Source: Balanoglossus misakiensis (lineage: Eukaryota; Animalia; Hemichordata). Taken from it: a stretch of 64,000 bases of DNA. Shown piece by piece: positions 22,574 through 34,075 of this stretch. Below the pieces are notes generated by a model. It was not told where the DNA came from. It saw nothing but the letters and a program-made list of their open reading frames with translations, and did no database searches. The stretch lies in NCBI GenBank assembly GCA_040954595.2, contig CM082586.2, positions 10,819,337 to 10,883,336 of the forward strand. The letters are read 5' to 3'. The first letter of the stretch is position 1. Every line of letters begins with the position of its first letter. The position numbers and the translations under genes are program-made.

Positions 22574-25500
22574 TCAAGTGAATTGGCTGGGGTGAATGGC
22601 TGCATACACGGCCTTGTGATCAGACCATGAGTTTTCTATTGTGTCATAGGTAGTTGTGAAGAAGTTAAGAAAAATTAAGTCCAGAGCAGAATGCTGATCA
22701 GTTGTTTCTTCCTTTATTAGTTGCCGACAGTTACAAATTGATGTCATAAAGTGGAGGAAAGCAGTACTGGTATTAGGTAGTAGAATGTCAAAATTAAAGT
22801 CACCCATTATTAATATTGGTTTTGTCAAATCTAGTAGTGGCAGGAGATACTGTTGAAATTGTTGTTTGAATGTGTGGATTGTGCACTGAGGGGATTTATA
22901 GATCATAATGATTTGAAGTAGTTTATTTTGAATTAGGATGTTGGCTTTTATAAATTCGAACACTTTTGTTGAATGGCACTTGATATGAATCACTTGATAT
23001 GAATCTTTGACATACAATACAAGACCATGATAGGGTCTTGTGAAATTTACAGCAGTGTTGTCAATATGCACATCTTGGTCATTCCTGAATAGTAGATAAT
23101 TTGGGAGATTGTAGGCTTCATTGGTATCATTAGTTGTTAATCTGGATTCAGCAATTCCGATAACATCAGCAGCAATTATATTGTGGTCACTGCATAAATC
23201 TGCAAAATGTTTATGGAGTGATCTAGCGTTTTGATATACTACTTTGCAGTGGTCATGAGGGAGGGCATATAATGGTTTGAAGCATAATTGAAGTTGGCTG
23301 TCATCACGGAGTCTTTTCATTTCATTGTGAACTGCTTCAGATATTGCGATTTTATTTTTATTCAACTCCAGTATCTGAAGTCCACTTATTGTACGCACTC
23401 TACTTATTGCGACATAATGTATATGGTCAATTTTTCTTGTACCCATATGGATTATTACCTTATCAAGTGTATCACCCTGAGATTTGTGAATAGTTTTTGC
23501 AGCAGACGGTCTAAGTGGAAATTGAATTCTCATGACAGATACATGTTTGTAATATTTACTGGTAGGAAACTGGCGTTTAATGTCAAATATTGGAGTCAAT
23601 TGTTTACCAATTTCTGGTTGATGCAAATGTTTGTATTTATGTCTTCTTAATAGACCAACATTTTTATCATCAAATTGAACCCAAATTATACTGGGGCGGT
23701 TGTTTGGTGTTCCTGTCATTCTGTGGTCTATTTGTTGCACTACACAACTGGCACCATTTGTCATACCATCCTCAACATCAACATTGGCAGTGAGATCATA
23801 TCGCAGTCCAACAGCTATAGGTGCTTGTGATAATAAACCGCATGTTTTGGATGGATCTTTTGGAATGGTCTTCAAAAGCTGTGCTTTCACTTGTTGTGAG
23901 ACATCACCAATAACTGTGTCCAGTGCTGGTACAACAAGTTTATGGGATGTAGCATTTTGGTAAACTTTATCATTATGTGACTCTACCATTGCATTGGTGG
24001 TGTATAAATGAGGAATGGACTCGTTGAGTGGTTGATCATGAGATATTACATAGTTTTGCAATTCAGAAATATCTTCATCTGTGTGCCTCCCTTCTCTCAA
24101 TCTATTCAATAGTTGAGCAAAGTCTTCATCATCTTTCTGTCTCATGATCTGTGTTAGTTCATGCATGGTGAAATGTTCTTTCCACAGATTAGTTGCTAAT
24201 GGGCCATACTCTTTTGTTAGGTCTTTGAATATCCAGCCATCCATTACTGGTTTGAGTTGAAATAAATCACCAACAGTTATCATTGAAACACCACCAAATA
24301 CTTGATTGTTACCTTTTATTTGTTGAAGTCGGAGATTTATGAAATTTAAAAGCTCATGGCCTACCATGCTGATTTCATCAATGATTACAACTGATAAATG
24401 TTGATATTTACTTCGCAAAGTATTAAGTTTATCGCTATCCAGTGGTTTGTATTTATAACCTTGACTTGCAGGTACTTTGAAAGCTGCATGAATAGTACTA
24501 CCATTGATATGATAGGCTGCTTTACCAGTTGGCGCACATAACAATAAACGACAGTCGAGTGGTGATTCACCAGCAATTGAACACAGATAGCGATGTAATG
24601 CCTGATATATTGCTCGGATTACAACTGACTTTCCTGTACCAGCACCCCCTGTGATAAATATATGCATTGGATCATGATTTGTCTTGACTGATTTCAAAAC
24701 ATGATGAAATATTTCCCTTTGTTTTACATTGAGAGATCTCACAAGTTTGTGATATTGTTCATCAGGGATACGTCCTGGGACGTTGCTGGTGTCATCAGTG
24801 GTGACAGTCGTATTCATACCAATGTCAACACCTATATCATAAGTGGTATGTTCTGGTTGGTCATCAGGTTGAAAGTATATGAAATGATCATTTGGTGTAG
24901 TAGTTCCTTCTTCTAGATCATCTCTCTCAGCATGTTGCGTATTTGGAGCAATCTGATCAAATGCATTTAAATCATCATTATCAAGTTGCTCTGCAGCTGT
25001 AGTGGCTTGATCTATCAACTCTGAATTATGTTCATACTTATCTATGGTTTGTGCAATAATGTGTTTGTTATGATTATAAGATTCTTGAAAGGTGGCACAA
25101 CTGTTTAGAAGGTCAGAGCTTTCATTTCTCCATGGCATGTACAGCAACAATTTTTCACGACAGTAATTTTCATAGTCAACTTTCTTACTATAATTGACAT
25201 AGCGTATTATACACGGATTTACACGTTCTTGTATTTTCATACCATTTTTGAGAATGATATTTATTTTACTTGTCATATTGTCAGATTCTGAGTCCACACC
25301 TAAATCAGGGTCATCATGATCATCATCATTTATATCTTGTGGATAATTATCAGTGCATTTGGTTGAATATGTGACTCTAAGTTTAGATGCATAATCTGCA
25401 AGACACCAATTTTCTAATGCTTTTGGCCGTCTAGCATAACGTTTGATTAGATTGTCACTTTCTATGTCAGTAGATTCTGCTGGTGTATTTTCAAGGGCAG

Positions 25501-28500
25501 TTTTGCTTTTGAGCAGGAATGTTCTTTGATCAGGTGGTGATGTGTTTATAAATACCACTTGTCTTGTAGCTTTAGTAAGTGACAACTGCAGGATGATGTA
25601 AGCAGCCTCTTGTGCACTGATTTCTACATTGTTAAGGAATTTATTTCCAATATGTCTGACCTGTGCTTTCAGTTCCATATTGCCTTTTCTGGCTTCTTTG
25701 CATGCTTGGTCAAGTAATGCACTCATGCCTCTTTGGGATTTACTGATATAGGATACAATGTACATGGCACAGGCGTATGGATCTAAAACAAACTGTAGAT
25801 CATGATTTGCTCCCCATGCAGACAATAATAATTTCATGTAGGCATTGACACGTAAATCACTTGGTTCTCTTTTGAGAAATATTGTGGTAGTTTTGAGTGA
25901 ACTCTGAATGCATTTTATGTATTCATCATGACTGATTTGCAGCTCAGTAGATAGGAAGTCATCATATGATATTGGTTTGCCTTCTTTCATATCATCCAGT
26001 TTTTGTTTGATTTCTTCATATTTCTGTTTGTAATGTTGTTCTTCATCTGGATCAGCATTTAATGGTGAGAGAATCATTGTTTCTGACATAGGAGGCATTG
26101 GGTATCCAAAACGACATACAGGTTTGCCTTTTACTCGGCATGTCTTAGAGTGCTTATGTGTCTGCAGATTCAATACTTCAGCCATTTCACTTGGTACATT
26201 GGAAGAACAAGATACATATATGTCAATGAAATCAATCACTTCTGTTGGTGTGTTTTGTTGATAATTTGGTGCATTCTCAATCCACATTAGCATATGGATG
26301 TGTGGTGAGCCACGTTGTTGAAATTCCACTCTGTAGAAGTAATCAGTGATTTTGCCCAATGGATCACATGGACCTCTAAGTACTGTATTGATGAATTCAT
26401 GAATTCTGTGGTCAAAGAAACGAGCACATGTCACTGGGTCAGATTGAAGTAACCTGGACTTTGTAGCCCAATCCATGGCTTTAAGTTCATCAGCAGTATA
26501 TTTCTTACCATCTACAAGTGTACCCAGTATTTGATGTAAGTCAATCCACTTTGTGTCAGCACTAGACAGAGAACAAAACCATGTTGGTAAACCAAGTTGT
26601 CTAATCATTGCAAATACATCTTTCTTCCTCTTTTCTAGATAGGGTGGTGAATTGCGCAAATCTCTGAATATGTAAAATCCGTCATCAAGTCTAAGTAAAT
26701 CACTTACTCTTTCTGGATTTAATAAATCTGCAACTTTGTAAGTTCTGCCTTCAGTTTTACATCGTCTCAATGCAAGGTGGACTTTACTACTGATCTGTTT
26801 TAACTGCAGTTTCTTCACTTTGAAAAACATATTTGGTACAGAGTTTGCAACGCGTCTATCAACATTACGCAATTCCCATTTACAAACATCACTGTAATGT
26901 ACATTTGAGGTGTGGATTTGATCAATATTTCTGCGTTGTCCACAGAATATAGTTGGAAAGGCTAGATATTCTGCATCTGTATCATTGAACAGACTAAGAG
27001 GGCGTTGACCTTCACCAGGGGCAAATGTTAAAATTTGATTACGATAATCTGAATCATCAAGTAAAGTGTCCATATTAGCAACAGCTCCCTCTGCTGGATC
27101 AACCTCACTGAATTTATCAGAATCAGAATCTGATTCAGATTCAGGATCATCAGCTTGCTCTTGTTCAGTGTTTGTATTTTCAATAAATACAGCCATATCA
27201 TTATCTGTGTTTTCAAATTCCTGAGACCAGTTGTGATTAATTGGAATACCTGAATTTTGGTACAAAACACTGTTTTTCATGAGCCACACAAGTGCTGCCA
27301 TCACTTTATTTGGTCGAATATTTTCTGTAAATTCACTTCGCGTGTACGATAGTTTTCGTTTCAGTTTGACTGGTATAGTAGCTGAATCATCTAGCATTCT
27401 TGGCAGAGCATTAACAGTAGGGGTGATATCTGTTGGAATATTGACTACCGGACCAGATAATGACCTTTGACCTCCACGTGGCAAACTGCACATATGCATG
27501 AATGGAATTCTGAGTGCTATCAATCTTTCTTCCAAAGGGTGCAACTGTAACTGTGGTGGAATATCAGGGAAATTAACATTATTAGCTATAGACAATCTGG
27601 GGATTTTACCAGCAGATATGGATCTGTAGCATGTGTTACACACCCACTCTATATTGTCAACAGAAGTGTATGCAGTCAAACATTTTGATGCAATGCCTCG
27701 TTCAGATAATTTGGCAGCAGGAGTAACAGATTTTCTGAACCAAGTTTGATGACATGATGAGCAGACATAGACAGGGCCTTGTGATACAGTTCTATGAAAT
27801 ATATTTATGCATGCCTGCAACGATTCCCCGCATAATTGTCGGGTCTCAAAACCTCTATGTTTGCTAAAACCATTGTGTGTAACATGTTGTTTTTTGTCAA
27901 TTTGAAATGTTTGAATTTTTTCACTGCATTTCACAAACTTCTTTTGTAAGTTTTCTTTTTTTCTGAAGTTTCTATCCTGTCTCTTCATTTTTCTGTAGAT
28001 CTGTTGCTTTTTGTTTTCGTGCTCTTTGAAGGTTTTACTTTTGCGTGAAGTCTTGATACGTGCCTGTGACTGTATTTTCTCATTTTGTCGAAATGTGGAA
28101 TTTTGACGCAGACTTTTAATGTGTTCTTTCAGTTTTGGCTTTTCTTTTTCTCGGAATGCAGGATTTTGACGCAAAGTTTTAATGTGTGCTTTAAATTTCA
28201 CCTTTTCTTTCTCTCGGAATGCAGGATTTTGACGCAGAGTTTGCTTGTGTGAGTTTAATTTCACCTTTTCTTTCTCTCGGAATGCAGGATTTTGACGCAG
28301 AGTTTGCTTGTGTGAGTTTAATTTCACCTTTTCTTTCTCTCGGAATGCAGGATTTTGACGCAGAGTGTTAATGCGTGATTTCAATTTGACCTTCTCTTTC
28401 TCTCGGAATACAGGATTTTGACGCAGAGTTTGCTTGTGTGAGTTTAATTTCACCTTCTCTTTCTCTCGGAATGCAGGATTTTGACGCAGAGTGTTAATGC

Positions 28501-30175
28501 GTGATTTTAATTTGACCTTCTCTTTCTCTCGGAATACAGGATTTTGACGCAGAGTTTGCTTGTGTGAGTTTAATTTCACCTTTTCTGTCTCTCGGAATAC
28601 AGGATTTTGACGCAGAGTGTAAATGCGTGATTTCAATTTGACCTTCTCTTTCTCTCGGAATACAGGATTTTGACGCAGAGTTTGCTTGTGTGAGTTTAAT
28701 TTCACCTTCTCTTTCTCTTGGAATGAAGGATTTTGACGCAGGATTTGTATGTGTGATTGCAATTTTTCCTTTTCTCTCTTTCTATATTGTGGGTTTGCAC
28801 GTATTGTTCTTTTTTGATATTGTTGAGATAACTTTTCTCTGTCTCTGTATTCCACATTCTGGCGCAATGTCTTTATATGTGCTTGCACTTTTGACTTTTC
28901 TCTCTCTTTGAAGTCAGGATTTTGTCTTTGTGCACATTTCCTCTCCTTGTCTCTCTTTCTTTCATTGGTTTTAAATGAAGGATCCTGTCTTTTCAACCGT
29001 TTGTATTCTCTGTCATATACCTTTCTTGATTTTCTTCTACATGAACCTGATGGAAGTGCATCAATGGTATTAGAAGTTTGCATACACTGTTTATTAGCTT
29101 GTAATTGTTTTTGTGACTCGAAATAGTTGTCTAACAGGTCTGAATGCCTTTGAGTCCGTTGATACAGTCTCTGAGAAGATGAACTCTCTATATGAATGGT
29201 TAATTCTTGAAGTTCATAAGGTGTCATGTTATTGAAGTTAAGGTTATGAAATAATGAATACAAATAGTTTGTTAAATCATTTAGAGTCGGAAAACTCAAT
29301 ACCATACTTGAACCGTCAGAACATTGGAAACCATGTGAGTTTCGACTATGAGAATCAAATACGAAGTATTTGCCATCTGTTGCAGAAAGGGCCATGCTGT
29401 AGCCACCAAGTATTAACATAACTGAGTTACTAGAATTGAACATGTTAATCATAGCATCTCTGAACACCATACATCCTTGTTCATCATAGTCAGACATACA
29501 GTCTAACATACCAAAGTACAGTCTTCCTTGTGTAATATTGAACTGCACAGAATTCATGTGAACAGTATTTGGCAATTCATCACACATTAGTATTTCAGAA
29601 AATAATTTATTACTTGCTCTGAGGTCATTTGTGGTTTTAATGTATAAATTATCACCAGCATGTAAAATGTGATCTAAGTCATTAGATGTCAATGTCATCT
29701 CTCTTTCTTTTGATATGCAAAGGAAAGCAAGGGCATTACAAGTACATTGTCTACCTCGTGAATTTATGCTGAAAATATCATTGCCTTGATGAAAACTACC
29801 TTGGAGTACACTGTCTATTGTGTAACTTTCCCAGTGTAAAGTGTGACTATTGTGAGAGGAGTATAATTCTTGTTTGTCATGTGCATCATTTGCACTGTAG
29901 TATACACAAGAGGAATTTTGATTTGACACACTGGTCGAAGAATTCTTATTGAAGGTTGTAACTGATTGAGTGGCATTAAAACTTTTGATAATGGTACTTG
30001 AAGATGTAGACATATTATTGCTGTATGGTTCTATGCTTGACGATATTGATGTATTGTTATTGGCATTGCCGTACGAATCTGACTTCTTGAATGTTCCTTG
30101 TAGCACAGGGTGTTTTACTTTACTGGATCCACCCAAACCAGAATCAGACCCAGCTGATATGATTGGTCCATCAGC
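22574..30175 (-). CDS. Helentron polyprotein, main exon: C76-like cysteine protease, 21-aa basic repeats, Zn-binding region, HUH Rep, PIF1 helicase, AP endonuclease
   Basis: 2,543-aa ORF. Rep motifs WFCSLS, VEFQQRGSPHIH, YIVSYISK. Helicase motifs ITGGAGTGKS, IIDEISMVG, GDLFQLKPV, TIHKSQG, YVAISRV. Endonuclease motifs YQNARSL, IAESRL, MGDFN, LDLIF, SDHKAV. Splice acceptor tttttaaacag at 30177-30176. Confidence 0.95.
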   Translation of the reverse strand, partial: ADGPIISAGSDSGLGGSSKVKHPVLQGTFKKSDSYGNANNNTSISSSIEPYSNNMSTSSSTIIKSFNATQSVTTFNKNSSTSVSNQNSSCVYYSANDAHDKQELYSSHNSHTLHWESYTIDSVLQGSFHQGNDIFSINSRGRQCTCNALAFLCISKEREMTLTSNDLDHILHAGDNLYIKTTNDLRASNKLFSEILMCDELPNTVHMNSVQFNITQGRLYFGMLDCMSDYDEQGCMVFRDAMINMFNSSNSVMLILGGYSMALSATDGKYFVFDSHSRNSHGFQCSDGSSMVLSFPTLNDLTNYLYSLFHNLNFNNMTPYELQELTIHIESSSSQRLYQRTQRHSDLLDNYFESQKQLQANKQCMQTSNTIDALPSGSCRRKSRKVYDREYKRLKRQDPSFKTNERKRDKERKCAQRQNPDFKEREKSKVQAHIKTLRQNVEYRDREKLSQQYQKRTIRANPQYRKREKEKLQSHIQILRQNPSFQEKEKVKLNSHKQTLRQNPVFREKEKVKLKSRIYTLRQNPVFRETEKVKLNSHKQTLRQNPVFREKEKVKLKSRINTLRQNPAFREKEKVKLNSHKQTLRQNPVFREKEKVKLKSRINTLRQNPAFREKEKVKLNSHKQTLRQNPAFREKEKVKLNSHKQTLRQNPAFREKEKVKFKAHIKTLRQNPAFREKEKPKLKEHIKSLRQNSTFRQNEKIQSQARIKTSRKSKTFKEHENKKQQIYRKMKRQDRNFRKKENLQKKFVKCSEKIQTFQIDKKQHVTHNGFSKHRGFETRQLCGESLQACINIFHRTVSQGPVYVCSSCHQTWFRKSVTPAAKLSERGIASKCLTAYTSVDNIEWVCNTCYRSISAGKIPRLSIANNVNFPDIPPQLQLHPLEERLIALRIPFMHMCSLPRGGQRSLSGPVVNIPTDITPTVNALPRMLDDSATIPVKLKRKLSYTRSEFTENIRPNKVMAALVWLMKNSVLYQNSGIPINHNWSQEFENTDNDMAVFIENTNTEQEQADDPESESDSDSDKFSEVDPAEGAVANMDTLLDDSDYRNQILTFAPGEGQRPLSLFNDTDAEYLAFPTIFCGQRRNIDQIHTSNVHYSDVCKWELRNVDRRVANSVPNMFFKVKKLQLKQISSKVHLALRRCKTEGRTYKVADLLNPERVSDLLRLDDGFYIFRDLRNSPPYLEKRKKDVFAMIRQLGLPTWFCSLSSADTKWIDLHQILGTLVDGKKYTADELKAMDWATKSRLLQSDPVTCARFFDHRIHEFINTVLRGPCDPLGKITDYFYRVEFQQRGSPHIHMLMWIENAPNYQQNTPTEVIDFIDIYVSCSSNVPSEMAEVLNLQTHKHSKTCRVKGKPVCRFGYPMPPMSETMILSPLNADPDEEQHYKQKYEEIKQKLDDMKEGKPISYDDFLSTELQISHDEYIKCIQSSLKTTTIFLKREPSDLRVNAYMKLLLSAWGANHDLQFVLDPYACAMYIVSYISKSQRGMSALLDQACKEARKGNMELKAQVRHIGNKFLNNVEISAQEAAYIILQLSLTKATRQVVFINTSPPDQRTFLLKSKTALENTPAESTDIESDNLIKRYARRPKALENWCLADYASKLRVTYSTKCTDNYPQDINDDDHDDPDLGVDSESDNMTSKINIILKNGMKIQERVNPCIIRYVNYSKKVDYENYCREKLLLYMPWRNESSDLLNSCATFQESYNHNKHIIAQTIDKYEHNSELIDQATTAAEQLDNDDLNAFDQIAPNTQHAERDDLEEGTTTPNDHFIYFQPDDQPEHTTYDIGVDIGMNTTVTTDDTSNVPGRIPDEQYHKLVRSLNVKQREIFHHVLKSVKTNHDPMHIFITGGAGTGKSVVIRAIYQALHRYLCSIAGESPLDCRLLLCAPTGKAAYHINGSTIHAAFKVPASQGYKYKPLDSDKLNTLRSKYQHLSVVIIDEISMVGHELLNFINLRLQQIKGNNQVFGGVSMITVGDLFQLKPVMDGWIFKDLTKEYGPLATNLWKEHFTMHELTQIMRQKDDEDFAQLLNRLREGRHTDEDISELQNYVISHDQPLNESIPHLYTTNAMVESHNDKVYQNATSHKLVVPALDTVIGDVSQQVKAQLLKTIPKDPSKTCGLLSQAPIAVGLRYDLTANVDVEDGMTNGASCVVQQIDHRMTGTPNNRPSIIWVQFDDKNVGLLRRHKYKHLHQPEIGKQLTPIFDIKRQFPTSKYYKHVSVMRIQFPLRPSAAKTIHKSQGDTLDKVIIHMGTRKIDHIHYVAISRVRTISGLQILELNKNKIAISEAVHNEMKRLRDDSQLQLCFKPLYALPHDHCKVVYQNARSLHKHFADLCSDHNIIAADVIGIAESRLTTNDTNEAYNLPNYLLFRNDQDVHIDNTAVNFTRPYHGLVLYVKDSYQVIHIKCHSTKVFEFIKANILIQNKLLQIIMIYKSPQCTIHTFKQQFQQYLLPLLDLTKPILIMGDFNFDILLPNTSTAFLHFMTSICNCRQLIKEETTDQHSALDLIFLNFFTTTYDTIENSWSDHKAVYAAIHPSQFT
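28080..28900 (-). repeat. 63-bp coding tandem repeat (21-aa unit, REKEKVKLNSHKQTLRQNPAF-like)
   Basis: About a dozen in-frame units within the polyprotein, near-identical in the centre and degenerate at the edges. Confidence 0.92.
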
Positions 30176-30739
30176 CTGTTTAAAAATAAACAAGATAAGC
30201 GACAATTAGAAAATACAGTTACCTTTAATTTCCATCACATGTCCTTATTTGACCCCTGATGAGTACTATGACAATGAGAGCCAATGACAGGTCAATTTTG
30301 CGTCATATTCAAATTGGTTTTGTGTATATCATGTACATATAAGTACTATCACTAGTATTTACATTGCAAATGTGTTCAATTAAGCTTTTGTATAAATTTG
30401 TTGTAATTTCAATACATTTTGCAAAATTTAGCTACTTGCATAATATTTGTATATCACATGTGGACAAAGACATTGCACAAATTAGTAACATGGCTATTGT
30501 CACGCCACCTCATCAAAAACTACTAGCGGCACAGGGTTGGCCTGCCATAACATTGTCTTACACTCATGTTTCACAATCATTCGAAAGCTCATTGCAACAT
30601 TGAAATTATATCACCTACAAACCTCACCTTTCTACAAAGTTCCATATCAAATAAAACTTTCCCACATAAATCTTTTCCAGTTGAACCTTTTGAAACCACA
30701 CACTTCACCTGACAAATTTAGTCTGGAAAGTTGAACGTA

Positions 30740-31130
30740 CCCTCTATCTACTCTGAAACTACCAAGTTTAAAACAAACTTCAAAACTGGAAAAGGTTTGT
30801 GCCTATGACTTTTCCCATATAATTACATTGAGAATACCTAGAAAACTCACTTCTACTATTTCTATGAAATATTACACATAGCTCAATCAAATAGAAATAA
30901 ATGCATCCATCAAATATCGTTTGGTCACTGTATTTTTTTTAGATAAACTTTACAAGTGTTTCGCCCATAGATACACCCTCACTGAATATGCTGACTCAGC
31001 AATTTTCCTCAATTATCAACAAAATTCATGGCCTTGTATTTCAAAAGCAAACGCAGTGACATGAGAAGCCAATAATCCAAAATTGAAGACATAACGTTAC
31101 TTTCGATTTTACTGATCATTACGGACTAGC
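30740..31130. mobile_element. Dispersed repeat (MITE-like) in the Helentron intron, with a diverged relative at ~42770-43140
   Basis: Shared blocks attacattga, ctagaaaac, acttctactatt, ttacacatagctca, atggccttgtatttcaaaagcaa and attttactga occur in the same order at both sites. Confidence 0.6.
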
Positions 31131-31251
31131 TGCTAAAAGCCTACCCTGCGACCAAACAGTGACGTTGACCAACTTTCCCCTGCTCAAATGAAGAACTCCT
31201 TTTCCTGTTTACAAGTATGTACAATTTTATAGTATGCAAATACACACATAC

Positions 31252-31296
31252 CGATTTTTTCACAGCTGATTTTCTCCAATTCTTTTTCCTTGGCAT
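31252..31296 (-). CDS. Putative first coding exon of the Helentron polyprotein (MPRKKNWRKSAVKKS)
   Basis: ATG, basic NLS-like peptide and donor TCG|GTATGT in phase 0, which matches the phase-0 acceptor at 30175. Confidence 0.55.
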
Positions 31297-32639
31297 AATT
31301 CTGACCTTAGTAGCAAAAGACAAGAATGTGATAATATCAATAACAGCATTTTAACATCATTGGTTAGACAACTTGAAACTGCCTAGATAATATGCAAGTA
31401 AAAGCCTGGCAAAAATGTAACATGTACAATTGCTTAATTTTAACATACTCACACAACATATATTTCCATCATTTTTATAGGAGTAATTGAAACTACAACA
31501 TCAATATGACCATCACATGTTCTAGGACTTCCAAAATAGAGAAACACTATGAAAAACTTCAGCTGAAAAATAGAATATGTAATATAATTACCTGCAATTT
31601 GATAAAAAGTGATTCTTCAAGAGCTGGTTAAGTCTCTAACTGTTCCAAAACAATGACAGGAAGTGGCTGCTCATTAGGCTGTTCCTGGCACTGCCACTAC
31701 TCCCTCACATTGCTGGCAACAGTAGCTTGATACTTTGGGGTTCAAAGTCAGCAGATAACAGCCAAGAATTTGGAATCCGCAATTACAGCATAGGGTATAC
31801 TGGCACCGCCTTACGTTGAGAGGTTTGTCAACAATAATATAGTGCAATAGTGCAAACAATATGTTTAGATAGCAACAGATCTAAAGTTATTACAATAATG
31901 CCAACACATGTTTTGAGCTACTCCTGTGTGTTCTTTCAACTACAGAAAATCAAGCAGTCTTTCCAATGCTGCTACACCTACATAAGTATGGTGTGTGCTA
32001 CACTGCCCCAAGGTTATTTCGATACACAAATATAACTGTGACATAATCAGCTCATGTACACTCTAGGAGAGATTGCACTTAGGACTGGGTGTATCAGGGA
32101 ATAGATTACACAAAAACGATGAAACAGAAAGGCAAACAGCTAAAATGGACAAACCAAAGTGTCCTCATGTAAAGAGTACCTTTCAAAGCACTGGATTTGT
32201 TCATAGAGGCAAAACCAGAAATATGCAAATATCCACAGCACAGTACAATGTCTTACTTCAGTCACCATAAGAAATATGCCTACAACATGCACAGCAATCT
32301 GCCAAGTGGATTCATAGAAACCAATTTTTGGCAAAAAATTGCAAAAAATGCACCAAGAACACAATTATGGGAATGTCACCATACTTTCACGACACCTTAA
32401 CTTGAAATGAATTTTGACCAAATATCCCCAAAATTACAAATATGCAAATTATGCAACAAATTGCCCCAAAATGACCTCAATTGCCTTTCAGTATACCAAG
32501 CTTCATTCTAAATTTTAAAGCCATTGACCCATAACTTTCAGAAAAATTTGTTTTCACCTAAAATATTGACAAAGACGAAAAAATTCATAAAAAATAAAAC
32601 ATCCATGATATCAACTGAACACTTACATGTCGGTCACAG

Positions 32640-33590
32640 GCTTTTCAATTTCAGTCCCAACCCTCCAAACGCGAAGTCTGTACCTGCTCTGGATGCCAAG
32701 ATATGATAAAGTAGGTCAAAGGTCACCTGAGGTCATGCAAAATTTGGGCAAGAAATTTTGACCTAATACTGGTCCATGTTCAATAAAAACCAAACCTATA
32801 GCCTTATTGGTTAGCCTGGAATTAGGTATGCACATAATTAATGAGATATGCAGGTGTCACAGGTGACCCCCAATTGCGGCTTTTCAATTTTAGTGCCAAC
32901 CCTCCAAACGCCAAGTCTGTACCTGCTCTGGATGTCAAGATATGGTAATGTAGGTCAAAGGTCACCTGAGGTCATGCAAAATTTGGGCAAGAAATTTTGA
33001 CCCTATACTGGTCCATGTTCAACAAAAACCGAACCTATAGCCTTATTGGTTAGCCTGGAATTAGGTATGCACATAATTAATGAGATATGCAGGTGTCACA
33101 GGTGACCCCCAATTGCGGCTTTTCAATTTTAGTCCCAACCCTCCAAACGCCAAGTCTGTGCCTGCTCTGGATGTCAAGATTTGGTAATGTAGGTCAAAGG
33201 TCACCTGAGGTCATGCAAAATTTGGGCAAGAAATTTTGACCCTATACTGGTCCATGTTCAACAAAAACCGAACCTATAGCCTTATTGGTTAGCCTGGAAT
33301 TAGGTATGCACATAATTAATGAGATATGCAGGTGTCACAGGTGACCCCCAATTTCGGCTTTTCAATTTCAGTCCCAACCCTCCAAACGCCAACTCTGTAC
33401 CTGCTCTGGATGCCGAGATATAGGAAAGTAGGTCAAAGGTCACCTGAGGTCACCCAAAATTTGGGCAAGAAATTTTGACCCTATACTGGTCCATGTCCCA
33501 CCAGAACAAAACCTCTAGCCCTATTAGTTAGCCCGGAATTAGGTATGCACATAATTAATGTGTTAAGCAGGTGTTACAGGTGAGCCCAAA
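32640..33590. repeat. 239-bp tandem repeat, 4 units, in the Helentron 5' region
   Basis: cttttcaattt(c/t)agt(c/g)ccaaccctccaaacg recurs at about 32641, 32880, 33119 and 33358. Confidence 0.93.
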
Positions 33591-34017
33591 AATTTCCCTT
33601 TTATTTTGGCCCCATTGTGCTCACTGACCAATAGACAATCACTGTACAGGACTATTGCACAGACCAGAATCCCACAATAAGACGTGGACATAGCTTAACC
33701 ATAGAGGTATAAGTAAAGGTATAAATTTAATAAAAAGACTAAAAAATCTTTAAAAATAAAACATCCATGATATCAACTTAACACTAAAAGGTCGGTGTGA
33801 GGTTGACATATGGTACATGCATACCAATTTTCAAAGCAATCTGACCAGTAATTGTTGACTTACAGAGTTTTGATCAATTCCACATTTTACCAGCTAATTT
33901 GCATATTTTTGGGCCTGGCAACTTCGTTTGGACAAACTCCAATCTACAGCCCAGCCTGCACCTACACACCAAATATTGAGGTGATACGCGCAGCGGTTTT
34001 CAAGTTTTTGATGTGGA

Positions 34018-34075
34018 CGGACATACAGACATACATCCATACATCCATACATCCATCCATACATACATACAGACG
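34018..34075. repeat. CATA/CATC/GACA microsatellite beside the Helentron 5' hairpin
   Basis: acatacagacatacatccatacatccatacatccatccatacatacatac. Confidence 0.85.
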
